Shown here: piece by piece, positions 1-8,292 of the stretch
Position numbering within the stretch: position 1 is the first letter of the stretch
Layout of the letters: each line of letters begins with the position of its first letter
From: an uncultured Chloroflexia bacterium
GTDB taxonomy: Bacteria; Chloroflexota; Anaerolineae; Anaerolineales; Anaerolineaceae
Assembly (NCBI GenBank): GCA_963828855.1
Contig: CAWHGB010000003.1
Location: 19,457 to 83,456, forward strand
Direction: 5' to 3'
Length of the DNA stretch: 64,000 bases
Notes under the pieces: generated by a model
The model's database searches: none
Seen by the model: the letters and a program-made list of their open reading frames with translations, nothing else
Told to the model about the DNA's origin: nothing
Position numbers and translations under genes: made by a program

Positions 1-829
1 GAGTCTTTTTCTGCTCTGTGCGCCGCTTGGTCCAGGCAAAAAAGCTCTGTCCTAACATCACCCCGGCGATGATCATGATAGGTGAAAGAGATATCCCCAG
101 AACGCTGACCGGTGATTCGGGGGAGGCCAGGAGCATGCCCCAAGCTTTTATTTGGTTGAAGCCGATGCTGATCAGGATGATGGCAAGCGCGGCAAGCATT
201 GCGCCGATCCAATCGATCTTCAAACCTTCATAACGCTCGACAGGATCAAGTTTGAAGCTCAAGATCAGAACAAAAAAAGCAATAATGGTGATCAGACCAA
301 AGCCATACCGCCAGGAAAATAGCGTGCCCAGGACGCCGATCACGAGAAAAGCCAGAACGCCGGCGATGGCTTGTGAAGCTCCAAGCAAGCCCAGGGATTG
401 CGATTGCTGACCGCCTTTATAGTGATGCGCGATCATCACGACCAGTGTGGGTACAAGGATCGCTGCTGCCAAACCGGCGATGACCTGCATCCAAATCATC
501 ATCTGTGCGTTGGTGCTGAGCGCCATCCCAATCATCGCGAGCCCATGCAGGATGACGCCGATCTGGAAAGCAATGCGGGATCCGATCACCTTGCCAAGCT
601 TGGCGCCGAGCATGACAAACCCCGCGACTGCGAGTGAGTAGGCAACCAGGGCAGTGCTTACGCTGCTGGGCGAGGTATTAAAGTCCTCAACGATCCCGCC
701 AATGGATACCGGCAGCGCGCTGACGTTGAAGCCCATCTGGATTTGGGCGAGCGCGATTACGGCCATAGGCAGCCAGGAGGCTTTCACCGCATTGGCGATA
801 CCGGAAGTTGAATTGGTTTTTATTGTCAT
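1..829 (-). CDS. MFS transporter (DHA2/EmrB-QacA-like), N-terminal part; the gene runs off the window start
   Basis: Hand translation of the reverse strand from the ATG at 829-827 is open down to position 1. It begins MTIKTNSTSGIANAVKASWLPMAVIALAQIQMGFNVSALPVSIGGIVEDF... and continues as successive hydrophobic helices. It is missing from the ORF track only because it has no stop inside the window. The + strand ORFs at 18-863 are its shadows. Confidence 0.7.
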   Translation of the reverse strand, partial: MTIKTNSTSGIANAVKASWLPMAVIALAQIQMGFNVSALPVSIGGIVEDFNTSPSSVSTALVAYSLAVAGFVMLGAKLGKVIGSRIAFQIGVILHGLAMIGMALSTNAQMMIWMQVIAGLAAAILVPTLVVMIAHHYKGGQQSQSLGLLGASQAIAGVLAFLVIGVLGTLFSWRYGFGLITIIAFFVLILSFKLDPVERYEGLKIDWIGAMLAALAIILISIGFNQIKAWGMLLASPESPVSVLGISLSPIMIIAGVMLGQSFFAWTKRRTEQKKT

Positions 830-1066
830 GGGGGTTGTCCTTAACTTTACGTATTTTATATGATTTCACCTTCAAAAGCCATGATTAAATTCAAAAAAGT
901 GGTATTGCCAACCGATGAGGGAAAGAAGTGAAATCAGTAAGGGAGTGAAAAAACCCCAGCAGATACCCCCCCGTGTGATCCGATTATTCTTTATCGAGAG
1001 ATTGATAAACAAATATGAAAGAGAGTAAAAACTCAAATGTGTTTTTTCAACGACGATTTCGAGTTA

Positions 1067-2542
1067 CTAACTCTCTTTTTTCTTCATCGTCAAGAATCTA
1101 TCATATGCAATTTCCCAAGCCGTAGAATTATGGGGCAAATATTCACGAATTGGGAATGACGATCTGACGATTCTCCGGATCTCCTTCAGATCATGGATCT
1201 CCCCTGTGGCGAGATATTGCGTGCATAAATTCCCAATGGCTGTTGCTTCAAAAGGTCCCGCAAGTACGGGTTTATTTACCGCAGAGGCTGTCAGGCGATT
1301 TAAAAGGTCGCTCTTCGCACCTCCGCCAATAATGTAAACACACGGAAATTGCCATCCGACCAGTTTTTCCAGTTTCTCCAGGGTTTCCCGATACGCCAGA
1401 GCCAGACTCTCCTTAATGCACCGGGTAACTTCACCAATTGTTTCAGGAACAGGCTGTTGGGAATCGAGACAGAAGTTTTGAATTTTCTTTACGATATCAT
1501 CAGGTTCGAAAAAGCGGTCATCATCCGGATTGATTATGGAGGTGAAGGGTTTTGCTTTTTCGGCCTCGATATCCATCTCTTCAAAAGATCTATTTATCTT
1601 TGAGGAGATTAATTGATGTTGGAATTCCTGTATCAGCCATAACCCGGCAACATTTTTGCTGAACCGGTTGGTATTTCCCACGCCGCCTTCGTTGGCAAAA
1701 TTATCCTGGAAGGCAAGGTCCGTTGTGATCATTTGCATGGTCTCTGTTCCAACCAGCGACCAGGTCCCAGAACTGATATAGGCAAAATTATCCTCGAGGC
1801 TTGGCACGGCCACCACTGCCGAGGCGGTATCATGATGTCCCACCGAATAGATCGATAAGGATCCTACCCCTGTCTTTTCAAGGATTTCTCTTTTAACTTC
1901 TCCCAACTTCCTGGCGGTGGGAGAGATCTTGGGAAAAATTCGATGGGGAAGATCGAATGCCTGGGTTATTTCAGGATCCCATTGGGAATCGTTTCGGTTG
2001 AACAATTGGGAAACCGAAGCGATCGTAAATTCGGTAATTCGTTCACCACTAAGAAAAAAATTTAGAAGGTCTGGAACAAACAATAATTGATCAGCCTTCT
2101 TAATTAGTTCCCCTTCTGGAGAGAGGGTCTGAGCAACCAGTTGAACAAGGGTATTAAAGCGTGCCCGCTGACATCCTGTTCGACGGTAGAGCACGTCGGG
2201 TCGGATCCTCTTGTCGATCTCATCCATAACCCCTTCGGTTCGGTGATCGCGGTACATGTACACTTTGGAGATCAAATCCCCAGCTTTGTTCAATAAACCA
2301 TAGTCATTGCAGAAAGAATCAATCCCAAGGCTGGTGCATTTTTCAAGGGAGGACTTAACCAGACCTTCCAACAGGTTCGCGTATATCCCTTGAATATCCC
2401 AGCATAAATGTCCTTCGAGCTCAATCGGCTGATTCGGAAATCGATGAACTTCCTTAATACTCAATCTTTCCCCATCGAAGTTTCCAGCAACCAACTTTCC
2501 CCCGCTGGCTCCCAGGTCAAACGCCAGGGCTTTCACACTCAA
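1067..2542 (-). CDS. FGGY-family carbohydrate kinase, rhamnulokinase-like
   Basis: 491-aa ORF. The N-terminus FDLGASGGKLVAGNFDGERLSIKEVHRFPN...GHLCWDIQGI matches the rhamnulokinase-type FGGY signature. Its start overlaps the upstream aldolase stop by 4 nt. Confidence 0.8.
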   Translation of the reverse strand: MSVKALAFDLGASGGKLVAGNFDGERLSIKEVHRFPNQPIELEGHLCWDIQGIYANLLEGLVKSSLEKCTSLGIDSFCNDYGLLNKAGDLISKVYMYRDHRTEGVMDEIDKRIRPDVLYRRTGCQRARFNTLVQLVAQTLSPEGELIKKADQLLFVPDLLNFFLSGERITEFTIASVSQLFNRNDSQWDPEITQAFDLPHRIFPKISPTARKLGEVKREILEKTGVGSLSIYSVGHHDTASAVVAVPSLEDNFAYISSGTWSLVGTETMQMITTDLAFQDNFANEGGVGNTNRFSKNVAGLWLIQEFQHQLISSKINRSFEEMDIEAEKAKPFTSIINPDDDRFFEPDDIVKKIQNFCLDSQQPVPETIGEVTRCIKESLALAYRETLEKLEKLVGWQFPCVYIIGGGAKSDLLNRLTASAVNKPVLAGPFEATAIGNLCTQYLATGEIHDLKEIRRIVRSSFPIREYLPHNSTAWEIAYDRFLTMKKKES

Positions 2543-3153
2543 TCCTGGATAAAATTCTTGAAAAGGTTACAGATGGCGTCGGTTTCCATACGTTCCAGGC
2601 AACTAAAGGCGGACATCAAACTATCCCCGGAAACTACCACACCGTGAAGGGGCATGATGCAGCCGATGCCAATTTTCTCAGCAAGGTCACGCCGTTCATC
2701 AAAGTATCTATAAACATTATCAGCAAGCTGCTTGGAGTAGGCGGGCGCCGGATCGATCACGCCGAAATAATCGCCGCGTTTTATGGTTGCTTCGGTCACT
2801 GTCTTAATCGGCTTGCTCGCTGCGGCGAATACCATGCTGAATTGCGGATGCGCGTGGATGGTGCACTTAATATACTCGAAACCGGAAAGAATCCGTGTGT
2901 GCATATCCGTCTCGCGGGAAAGCTTTCCCCTTCCCTCCAGAATATTGCCCTGGTAATCCACCAGCAGGAATTCATCCACATCCAGCTCGCACATGCAGTG
3001 TTCGCTCATCATGGATGGAGAGACAAGGATGCGGTTATCAGAAACCTTGACCGCGAAATTCCCACCGGCGGCATTGGTTAGTCTCCGATCCCACATAGTT
3101 TTGGCGACCTTTTGCATCTGCTGCCTGGTATCTAAAAACTGCAACTCTTTCAA
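2539..3153 (-). CDS. Class II aldolase/adducin-family protein (fuculose/rhamnulose-phosphate aldolase-like)
   Basis: 204-aa ORF with the metal-binding motif IHAHPQFSMVFAAA and a typical N-terminal region. It lies in an operon with two sugar kinases. Confidence 0.75.
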   Translation of the reverse strand: MKELQFLDTRQQMQKVAKTMWDRRLTNAAGGNFAVKVSDNRILVSPSMMSEHCMCELDVDEFLLVDYQGNILEGRGKLSRETDMHTRILSGFEYIKCTIHAHPQFSMVFAAASKPIKTVTEATIKRGDYFGVIDPAPAYSKQLADNVYRYFDERRDLAEKIGIGCIMPLHGVVVSGDSLMSAFSCLERMETDAICNLFKNFIQD

Positions 3154-3180
3154 TGGATCATCTCCTTCGGAAATATTGGA

Positions 3181-4125
3181 TCATCCAGGTATCTTTTCAA
3201 CCATCACTTTTTCGAACAATCCCCTGGCGCGCGCTGGCTCGAATCCAACGGTCAACTCGGATTCCGCCGTTGCACCCGACACCGCGCCTGCGGTCTTCAG
3301 GGTATCAATCATATTATCACCCGCTGCGATTCCTGCCACAATCACCGCCAGGAACGCGTCCCCACAGCCCGCTTCATTGACAGCATTTACTTCTACCGGA
3401 TGGACGCGGAAGTATTCATCCTGATATTTGACGATGGCACCATTTCTACTCCAGGTCATGGCGATGACAGGGATATTGAACCTGTCCAGCTCGCGAATGG
3501 CTGCGATGATCTCATCGATAGAAATCAATTCTTTCCCGGCGATGAAGGATAATTCCTCCAGGTTGGGTTTGATCAGGAATGGGCACGATTCCAGACCTTC
3601 GTTGAGGTAGTTCCCGCTCGCATCCAGGAAAACCCTGGCCCCGTTCCGCTTGGCGAGCCTGGCCAGATGGGAATAGATCGCCCTGTCTTCGACATTGCCT
3701 GCATCACCGGTTAATACCAGGGAATCTCCATCTTTAACCAGTTCTCCAATTTGGTTTGAAAGGTCATCGGTTATGCTCTTGGGCAGAATTGGACCCTTTT
3801 CCGTCAGCATTGTGCAGTTCGGTCCGCTTGTTTCCACCAGCTCATAATTCGTGCGGGATTCCAGCCCCTCGATTTGATATTCCAGGAATTGTTCCTCCAC
3901 ACCCATGGATCGGAGTATTTGGATGATCTTTTTCCCATTCTCGCCGAGGGCGATACCCAGAGCAGTGTTACTTACTCCGAGGAGGTGCAAGTTAATGGAA
4001 ACATGCGTCCCTTTGCCACCAATCGTTTCAATAGTCCGATCAAGCCGGTTCGTTTTGGAACGTTGGAGGTTATCCAAAAAGAGTACTTTATCGATCGCGG
4101 GGTTGAGGGTTACAGTGTAGATCAT
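3181..4125 (-). CDS. PfkB-family hexose-phosphate kinase (1-phosphofructokinase / tagatose-6-phosphate kinase type)
   Basis: 314-aa ORF. It has the N-terminus MIYTVTLNPAIDK typical of FruK/LacC and the C-terminal GAGDAF-like motif (GCGDAFLA). Confidence 0.8.
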   Translation of the reverse strand: MIYTVTLNPAIDKVLFLDNLQRSKTNRLDRTIETIGGKGTHVSINLHLLGVSNTALGIALGENGKKIIQILRSMGVEEQFLEYQIEGLESRTNYELVETSGPNCTMLTEKGPILPKSITDDLSNQIGELVKDGDSLVLTGDAGNVEDRAIYSHLARLAKRNGARVFLDASGNYLNEGLESCPFLIKPNLEELSFIAGKELISIDEIIAAIRELDRFNIPVIAMTWSRNGAIVKYQDEYFRVHPVEVNAVNEAGCGDAFLAVIVAGIAAGDNMIDTLKTAGAVSGATAESELTVGFEPARARGLFEKVMVEKIPG

Positions 4126-4127
4126 CG

Positions 4128-4937
4128 CTATATTTCTCTGGTTCGATCAACCTGTGCCTGTAGGACATCCACCCCCGATTTTTGAATAGCAGCACATAGG
4201 TCAGGATCGGCGTTATCATCAGTGATCACTGTATCGACTGCATCAGAATCGCAAAGGAAGACCGGACTGGACCGCCCAAACTTGGTGCGGTCAGCTAAAA
4301 TGAATACCTCTTTTGAGCGCTCGATCATCAATCGCTTTGTGTCCACTTCCAGGAGGCTGGAATCGGTGAAGAGGTTTGGGGGAAGGATTCCGGCACAGGA
4401 CATAAAGGATTTGTTTGGGAAGAAATCACCAGCATCCCTCAGGGAGAGGCTGCCATACGTGGAAGAATTTTCCTTGTGGTAGAACCCCCCCAGGCACACG
4501 AATGTATGATTGGGGTTTCCAACCTCGGTAGTTCCCATGAGCAATTTTATGGAATTGGTGATGATCGTGACCTGATAATCTGTAGGTATGTGCTGCACCA
4601 GGTAAAGGCAGGTGGAGCTGTTGTCGATGAAAATGCTGTCACCGTTCCTGATATAAGTTGCGGCGAGTTTACAGATCGCGTTCTTCTCTTTGAACCGTTG
4701 AATTTCCCGGATGTTCACCGGGAACTCCCTGGTCTGGGAGGAAAGAGCTTTTTCCAGCACAGCGCCGCCATGCGTGCGCTTCAAGAGGCCGTTGATCTCC
4801 ATTTCGTTGAGGTCGCGGCGAATGGTTTCACAGGAGGATCCGAAGAGCTTTGCCAGCTCGTTTACCTCAGCCCGGCCGTTTTGCTCGAGGAGTTTCAGGA
4901 TCTCTGATTGTCGTTCAATACTGAACATCTTGTTCAT
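4128..4937 (-). CDS. DeoR-family transcriptional regulator
   Basis: The ORF track gives 4128..5036. The conserved N-terminus MNKMFSIERQSEILKLLEQNGRAEVNELAKLFGSSCETIRRDL (DeoR HTH) begins at the internal Met at 4937. A DeoR C-terminal sensor domain follows. Confidence 0.8.
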   Translation of the reverse strand: MNKMFSIERQSEILKLLEQNGRAEVNELAKLFGSSCETIRRDLNEMEINGLLKRTHGGAVLEKALSSQTREFPVNIREIQRFKEKNAICKLAATYIRNGDSIFIDNSSTCLYLVQHIPTDYQVTIITNSIKLLMGTTEVGNPNHTFVCLGGFYHKENSSTYGSLSLRDAGDFFPNKSFMSCAGILPPNLFTDSSLLEVDTKRLMIERSKEVFILADRTKFGRSSPVFLCDSDAVDTVITDDNADPDLCAAIQKSGVDVLQAQVDRTREI

Positions 4938-5079
4938 ATATGCGTATCTTTGAATAATGACCGAATATGACTGAATGATACCATATTGTACCGTATTGAC
5001 GCCCATATGATATAATTTTCGAAATGAAAATCTCATTGTCAGATGAAATTACCGATTAATACCAGAAAGGGATTGCCAG

Positions 5080-6072
5080 ATGAAACTATCCGCGTTCAGT
5101 GTTCTGTATAAAGATCGCCCCCTCGGGCAGGTTCTGGATATTTTCAAGTCCAAGGGGATCAACCACGTTGAGGTTGGATCTGGCGGGTTCATCGGCAAGG
5201 ACCACTGCGATCCGGGGAAACTGGTGAGGGATGCGAGTGTGCGGGAGAAATTCCAGGAGTTATTCCGCACCCGGGGTATGGAGATCGCCTGCCTGAGCTG
5301 CCACGGCAACCCAGTCCATCCCCAGAAGGATCTGGCCGCAGAGTACATCCAGGATATCCGCGATTCCATCGACCTGGCAGCCCTTTTGGGGGTTGAAAGG
5401 ATCGTCACCTTTTCCGGCTGCCCCGGGGATAGCGAGAATGCTCTTTATCCCAATTGGCCGGTCAGCCCATTCCCGGAGGATTTCCAGACGATCCTTGCCT
5501 GGCAGTGGGAGAAGAAATTGATCCCTTTCTGGAAGGAAATGGGCAAATACGCCGCGGATAAGGGAGTAAAGGTTGCGTTGGAAATGCACGGAGGCTATTC
5601 GGTGCATTCCCCCGCCACAGCCATCCGCCTGCGCCGGGAAACCGGCTGCAATGCGCTCGGGGCGAACCTCGACCCCAGCCACATGTGGTGGCAGGGGATC
5701 GATCCTGCCCAGGCCGCGCGCTACCTGGCGAAGGAGGACTGTCTGTTTTATTTCCACGCGAAGGATGCTGCCATCGATCCCAATTATGTTTCCTATTACG
5801 GGGTGACCGATATGCAGAGCTTTGGTATGGCGTTCGGGAGGGCGTGGCAGTTCCGCACGGTCGGTTTTGGTCATGATCTGAAAGTGTGGGCGGATCTGTT
5901 CAGCGTGATGCGTTCGGTCGGTTACGATGGCATTGTCAGCATCGAGCATGAGGATTCTTACATGTCTGTGGAAGAAGGTCTGGATAAGGCGATCCATAAC
6001 CTTCGGCAGGTGCTGATGTTTGATCCGGCATCAAAGCCCAAGGCGTTTGACCTGGACGAGAGATTCAAATGA
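5080..6072 (+). CDS. Sugar phosphate isomerase/epimerase (xylose-isomerase-like TIM barrel)
   Basis: 330-aa ORF with the motifs VALEMHGG, LDPSH and SIEHED that are typical of the AP_endonuc_2/TIM-barrel family. It is divergent from the DeoR operon. Confidence 0.75.
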   Translation: MKLSAFSVLYKDRPLGQVLDIFKSKGINHVEVGSGGFIGKDHCDPGKLVRDASVREKFQELFRTRGMEIACLSCHGNPVHPQKDLAAEYIQDIRDSIDLAALLGVERIVTFSGCPGDSENALYPNWPVSPFPEDFQTILAWQWEKKLIPFWKEMGKYAADKGVKVALEMHGGYSVHSPATAIRLRRETGCNALGANLDPSHMWWQGIDPAQAARYLAKEDCLFYFHAKDAAIDPNYVSYYGVTDMQSFGMAFGRAWQFRTVGFGHDLKVWADLFSVMRSVGYDGIVSIEHEDSYMSVEEGLDKAIHNLRQVLMFDPASKPKAFDLDERFK

Positions 6073-6110
6073 CGAGTTGATTTGGACGAAGAGCGAGGCG
6101 AGATTATTGG

Positions 6111-6464
6111 CTACGGCTGCCGCAGGATCTTCTCCATCGCTTTTCCTTTGGCGAGTTCATCTATCAGTTTATCCAGGTATCGTATTTTTTGCATCAGCGG
6201 ATCTTCGATTTCCTCTACACGAACACCGCATACGACACCTGTGATCAGGGAACAATTCGGGTTCATGGATGGTGCCTGGGCAAAAAAAGTTTCAATATCA
6301 TTGCCCTGATCGATCTGCTGTTGCAGCCCGGCTTGGTCATAACCAGTCAGCCAGCAGATGATCTGGACAACTTCTTCCCGGGTGCGATTTTTCCGTTCTG
6401 CTTTTTGAACGTAGAGCGGATAGATACCCGCAAATTTTGATGTGAAAATTCTATGTTTCGACAT
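6111..6464 (-). CDS. DUF2200-family protein
   Basis: [39 protein letters not shown] is the conserved DUF2200 core. The ORF track extends to 6551, but the Met at 6464 has an AGGA 7-10 nt upstream and fits the family length. Confidence 0.65.
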   Translation of the reverse strand: MSKHRIFTSKFAGIYPLYVQKAERKNRTREEVVQIICWLTGYDQAGLQQQIDQGNDIETFFAQAPSMNPNCSLITGVVCGVRVEEIEDPLMQKIRYLDKLIDELAKGKAMEKILRQP

Positions 6465-6564
6465 CGTCATTCCTATGGTTGGTCGGATACTGACTGGGTA
6501 TCGGTTTTGTACCATGTTTCGGACAGCATTGTCAAGAAGGGCTTGGGACATTTCCCCTAAAAGA

Positions 6565-6606
6565 GATTCGAACTAGGGAAAAATCCACACGAAAGGGTGG
6601 ATTTTT
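6565..6606. repeat. Inverted third copy of the tRNA-fMet-associated terminator hairpin, plus a T-loop-like fragment
   Basis: The reverse complement reads aaaaatccaccctttcgtgtggattttt-ccctagttcgaatc. Compare aaaaatccgccctttcggacggattta...ctaggattcgaacc at 15566-15620. The stem is a perfect 10 bp (6579-6588 / 6597-6606). Confidence 0.55.
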
Positions 6607-6897
6607 CTGTCTTATAACCGGATTGTAGCGAACTTTGATTCAATAAATAATATTTTCCACAAAATGGATATCGGGTTCGAACCAAGTGCCCACCTTACGC
6701 TACGCGGTGGTGAAGAACCGTCGTTCACCCTGAACAGGTTTTAGCATGAACGATAATGGCGAGCGGACAATCGTGAATACCCCCACTCCTGCCATCAAGT
6801 CCTGTGGCGAAGCTATAATCCTCGTATGCAAAAAATCACAATCCCGGTCAAGCGCAGCAAGCGGGCGGGTGGTATCCTTGCCGCATGAGGCGAGAAC

Positions 6898-7804
6898 ATG
6901 GATAACTGGGAACCTGTGAATGCCGTTCAACGCATGCAAGCTTATATCGAAGAGCATCTTCAAGAGCCGATCACGCTGCATAAGCTGGCCAGCGCGGCGG
7001 GATATTCTCCCTGGCACGCCGCCAAGATCTTCAAAGCACTGACCGGAAAACCCCCTTTCGAATATATTCGCGCCGTGCGGCTGTCTCGAGCGGCCATGCG
7101 GCTTAGGGATGGAGATGTCAGGATCGTGGATGTGGCATTCGATTTCGTCTTTGACTCGCACGAGGGCTTTACACGCGCATTCTCGAAGCAATTCGGACTC
7201 ACCCCGCAGCGCTTCCACCAGGAGAAGCCCCCCATCAAGCTTTTCATTCCCGGTAATATCCGTGAAACCTATCTCGCCCTGCAAAAAGGAGATAACACCA
7301 TGTCAGAAAGTCAAAAATCCAGCACCATCTTTGTCCAGGTGGTCGACCGGCCTGCCCGGAAGCTGATCCTCAAGCGCGGCATCCAGGCCGAGGATTACTA
7401 TGCCTACTGCGAGGAGGTGGGCTGCGAGGTGTGGGATGTCCTCAGCGGCATCCAGCAGGCGCTCTATGAACCGATCGGCATGTGGCTGCCCGAGAATTTG
7501 CGTAAACCGGGCACATCCATCTACGCCCAGGGGGTTGAACTACCGCTCGACTATGCCGGTCCCATCCCGGAAGGTTTTGACCTGATCGAGCTGCCGCCCT
7601 GCAAGATGATGATCTTCCAGGGCGAACCTTACGATGACACCGATTTCGAAAAAGCCATCGGCAGCCTGTGGGATTCAATGAAGAATTACCAGCCGGAACA
7701 TATACGGTTTCCGCTGGGCGGATGAGGACGGACCGCGATTCCAGCTTGAACCGCAGGGGTATCGCGGGTATATGGAGGGTCGCCCGGTTAGGTCGCTCCA
7801 TTAA
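6898..7804 (+). CDS. AraC-family regulator with GyrI-like effector domain; apparent 1-nt frameshift near 7702
   Basis: The N-terminus carries an AraC HTH (LHKLASAAGYSPWHAAKIFK...FDSHEGFTRAF). The track ORF stops at 7725. The +1 frame from 7703 reads YGFRWADEDGPRFQLEPQGYRGYMEGRPVRSLH* to 7804, which is a plausible native C-terminus for this domain. Confidence 0.75.
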
Positions 7805-7836
7805 GTGCTCACGGGGGGGGTGAAAGCAACATACAT

Positions 7837-7862
7837 GGGCTACCCGCGGAAGCGGGTAGCCC
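7837..7862 (+). terminator. Stem-loop downstream of the AraC gene
   Basis: gggctacccgc-ggaa-gcgggtagccc forms a perfect 11-bp stem. The trailing T-run is weak (aattctatt). Confidence 0.5.
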
Positions 7863-7939
7863 AATTCTATTCAATGAGATATGTGGTTTGTTAGTGGTAG
7901 GACTTGGAGATTGATTCCCATGTGGGTTCAAACCAATTA

Positions 7940-8051
7940 AAAAATCCGCCCATTCGAACGGATTTATCAGGTAGCGGGGCTAGGACAGGGTGCCCGATAG
8001 GGTATTCGAATATCATCCCCGTAGTGGACCATAGACCTCCGGAGTTATGAC
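7940..8051 (-). pseudogene. Degenerate tRNA-fMet 3' fragment (pseudo-tRNA) with its terminator copy
   Basis: 7940-7985 matches 15566-15611 (terminator plus the last 16-17 nt of the tRNA) at 44 of 46 positions. Further in, TTCGAAT (T-loop) and GTCATAACTCCGGAGGTC (anticodon loop CAT to variable loop, 8034-8051) are recognisable. They are separated by two non-tRNA insertions of about 20 nt. No 5' half is present. Confidence 0.7.
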
Positions 8052-8292
8052 AAATGCTCCTGAAACTGTGCCATTCGTGCGGTGGGTTCTGTAATTAAGG
8101 CGAACCGACGCTCGCTGGTCGCTCAGCACTTGCATAGGTTTCTTTATCTCCAAGAGGGGTATTTCGTGATGCCCGACACCCGAATAAATGAACGAATTTT
8201 ATTTTGTCGACCACTAATTGTGGATTCGTAACATCTTTAATCTTAGGTCTTATTCGACCTCAATTTCAGTGCCATGTATAATTTAATTTAGA

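Noticed and set aside
5260-5997. Long antisense or overlapping ORFs inside confidently assigned genes (also 6700..7284, 9685..10128, 10112..10624, 16424..16972, 19660..20388, 35256..35978, 42434..43090, 50631..51308, 60312..61031)
   Set aside because: These are typical shadow ORFs of GC-rich coding regions. Their translations are Arg/Pro/Gly-rich with no recognisable motifs, while the opposite-strand or alternative-frame product has clear family signatures.
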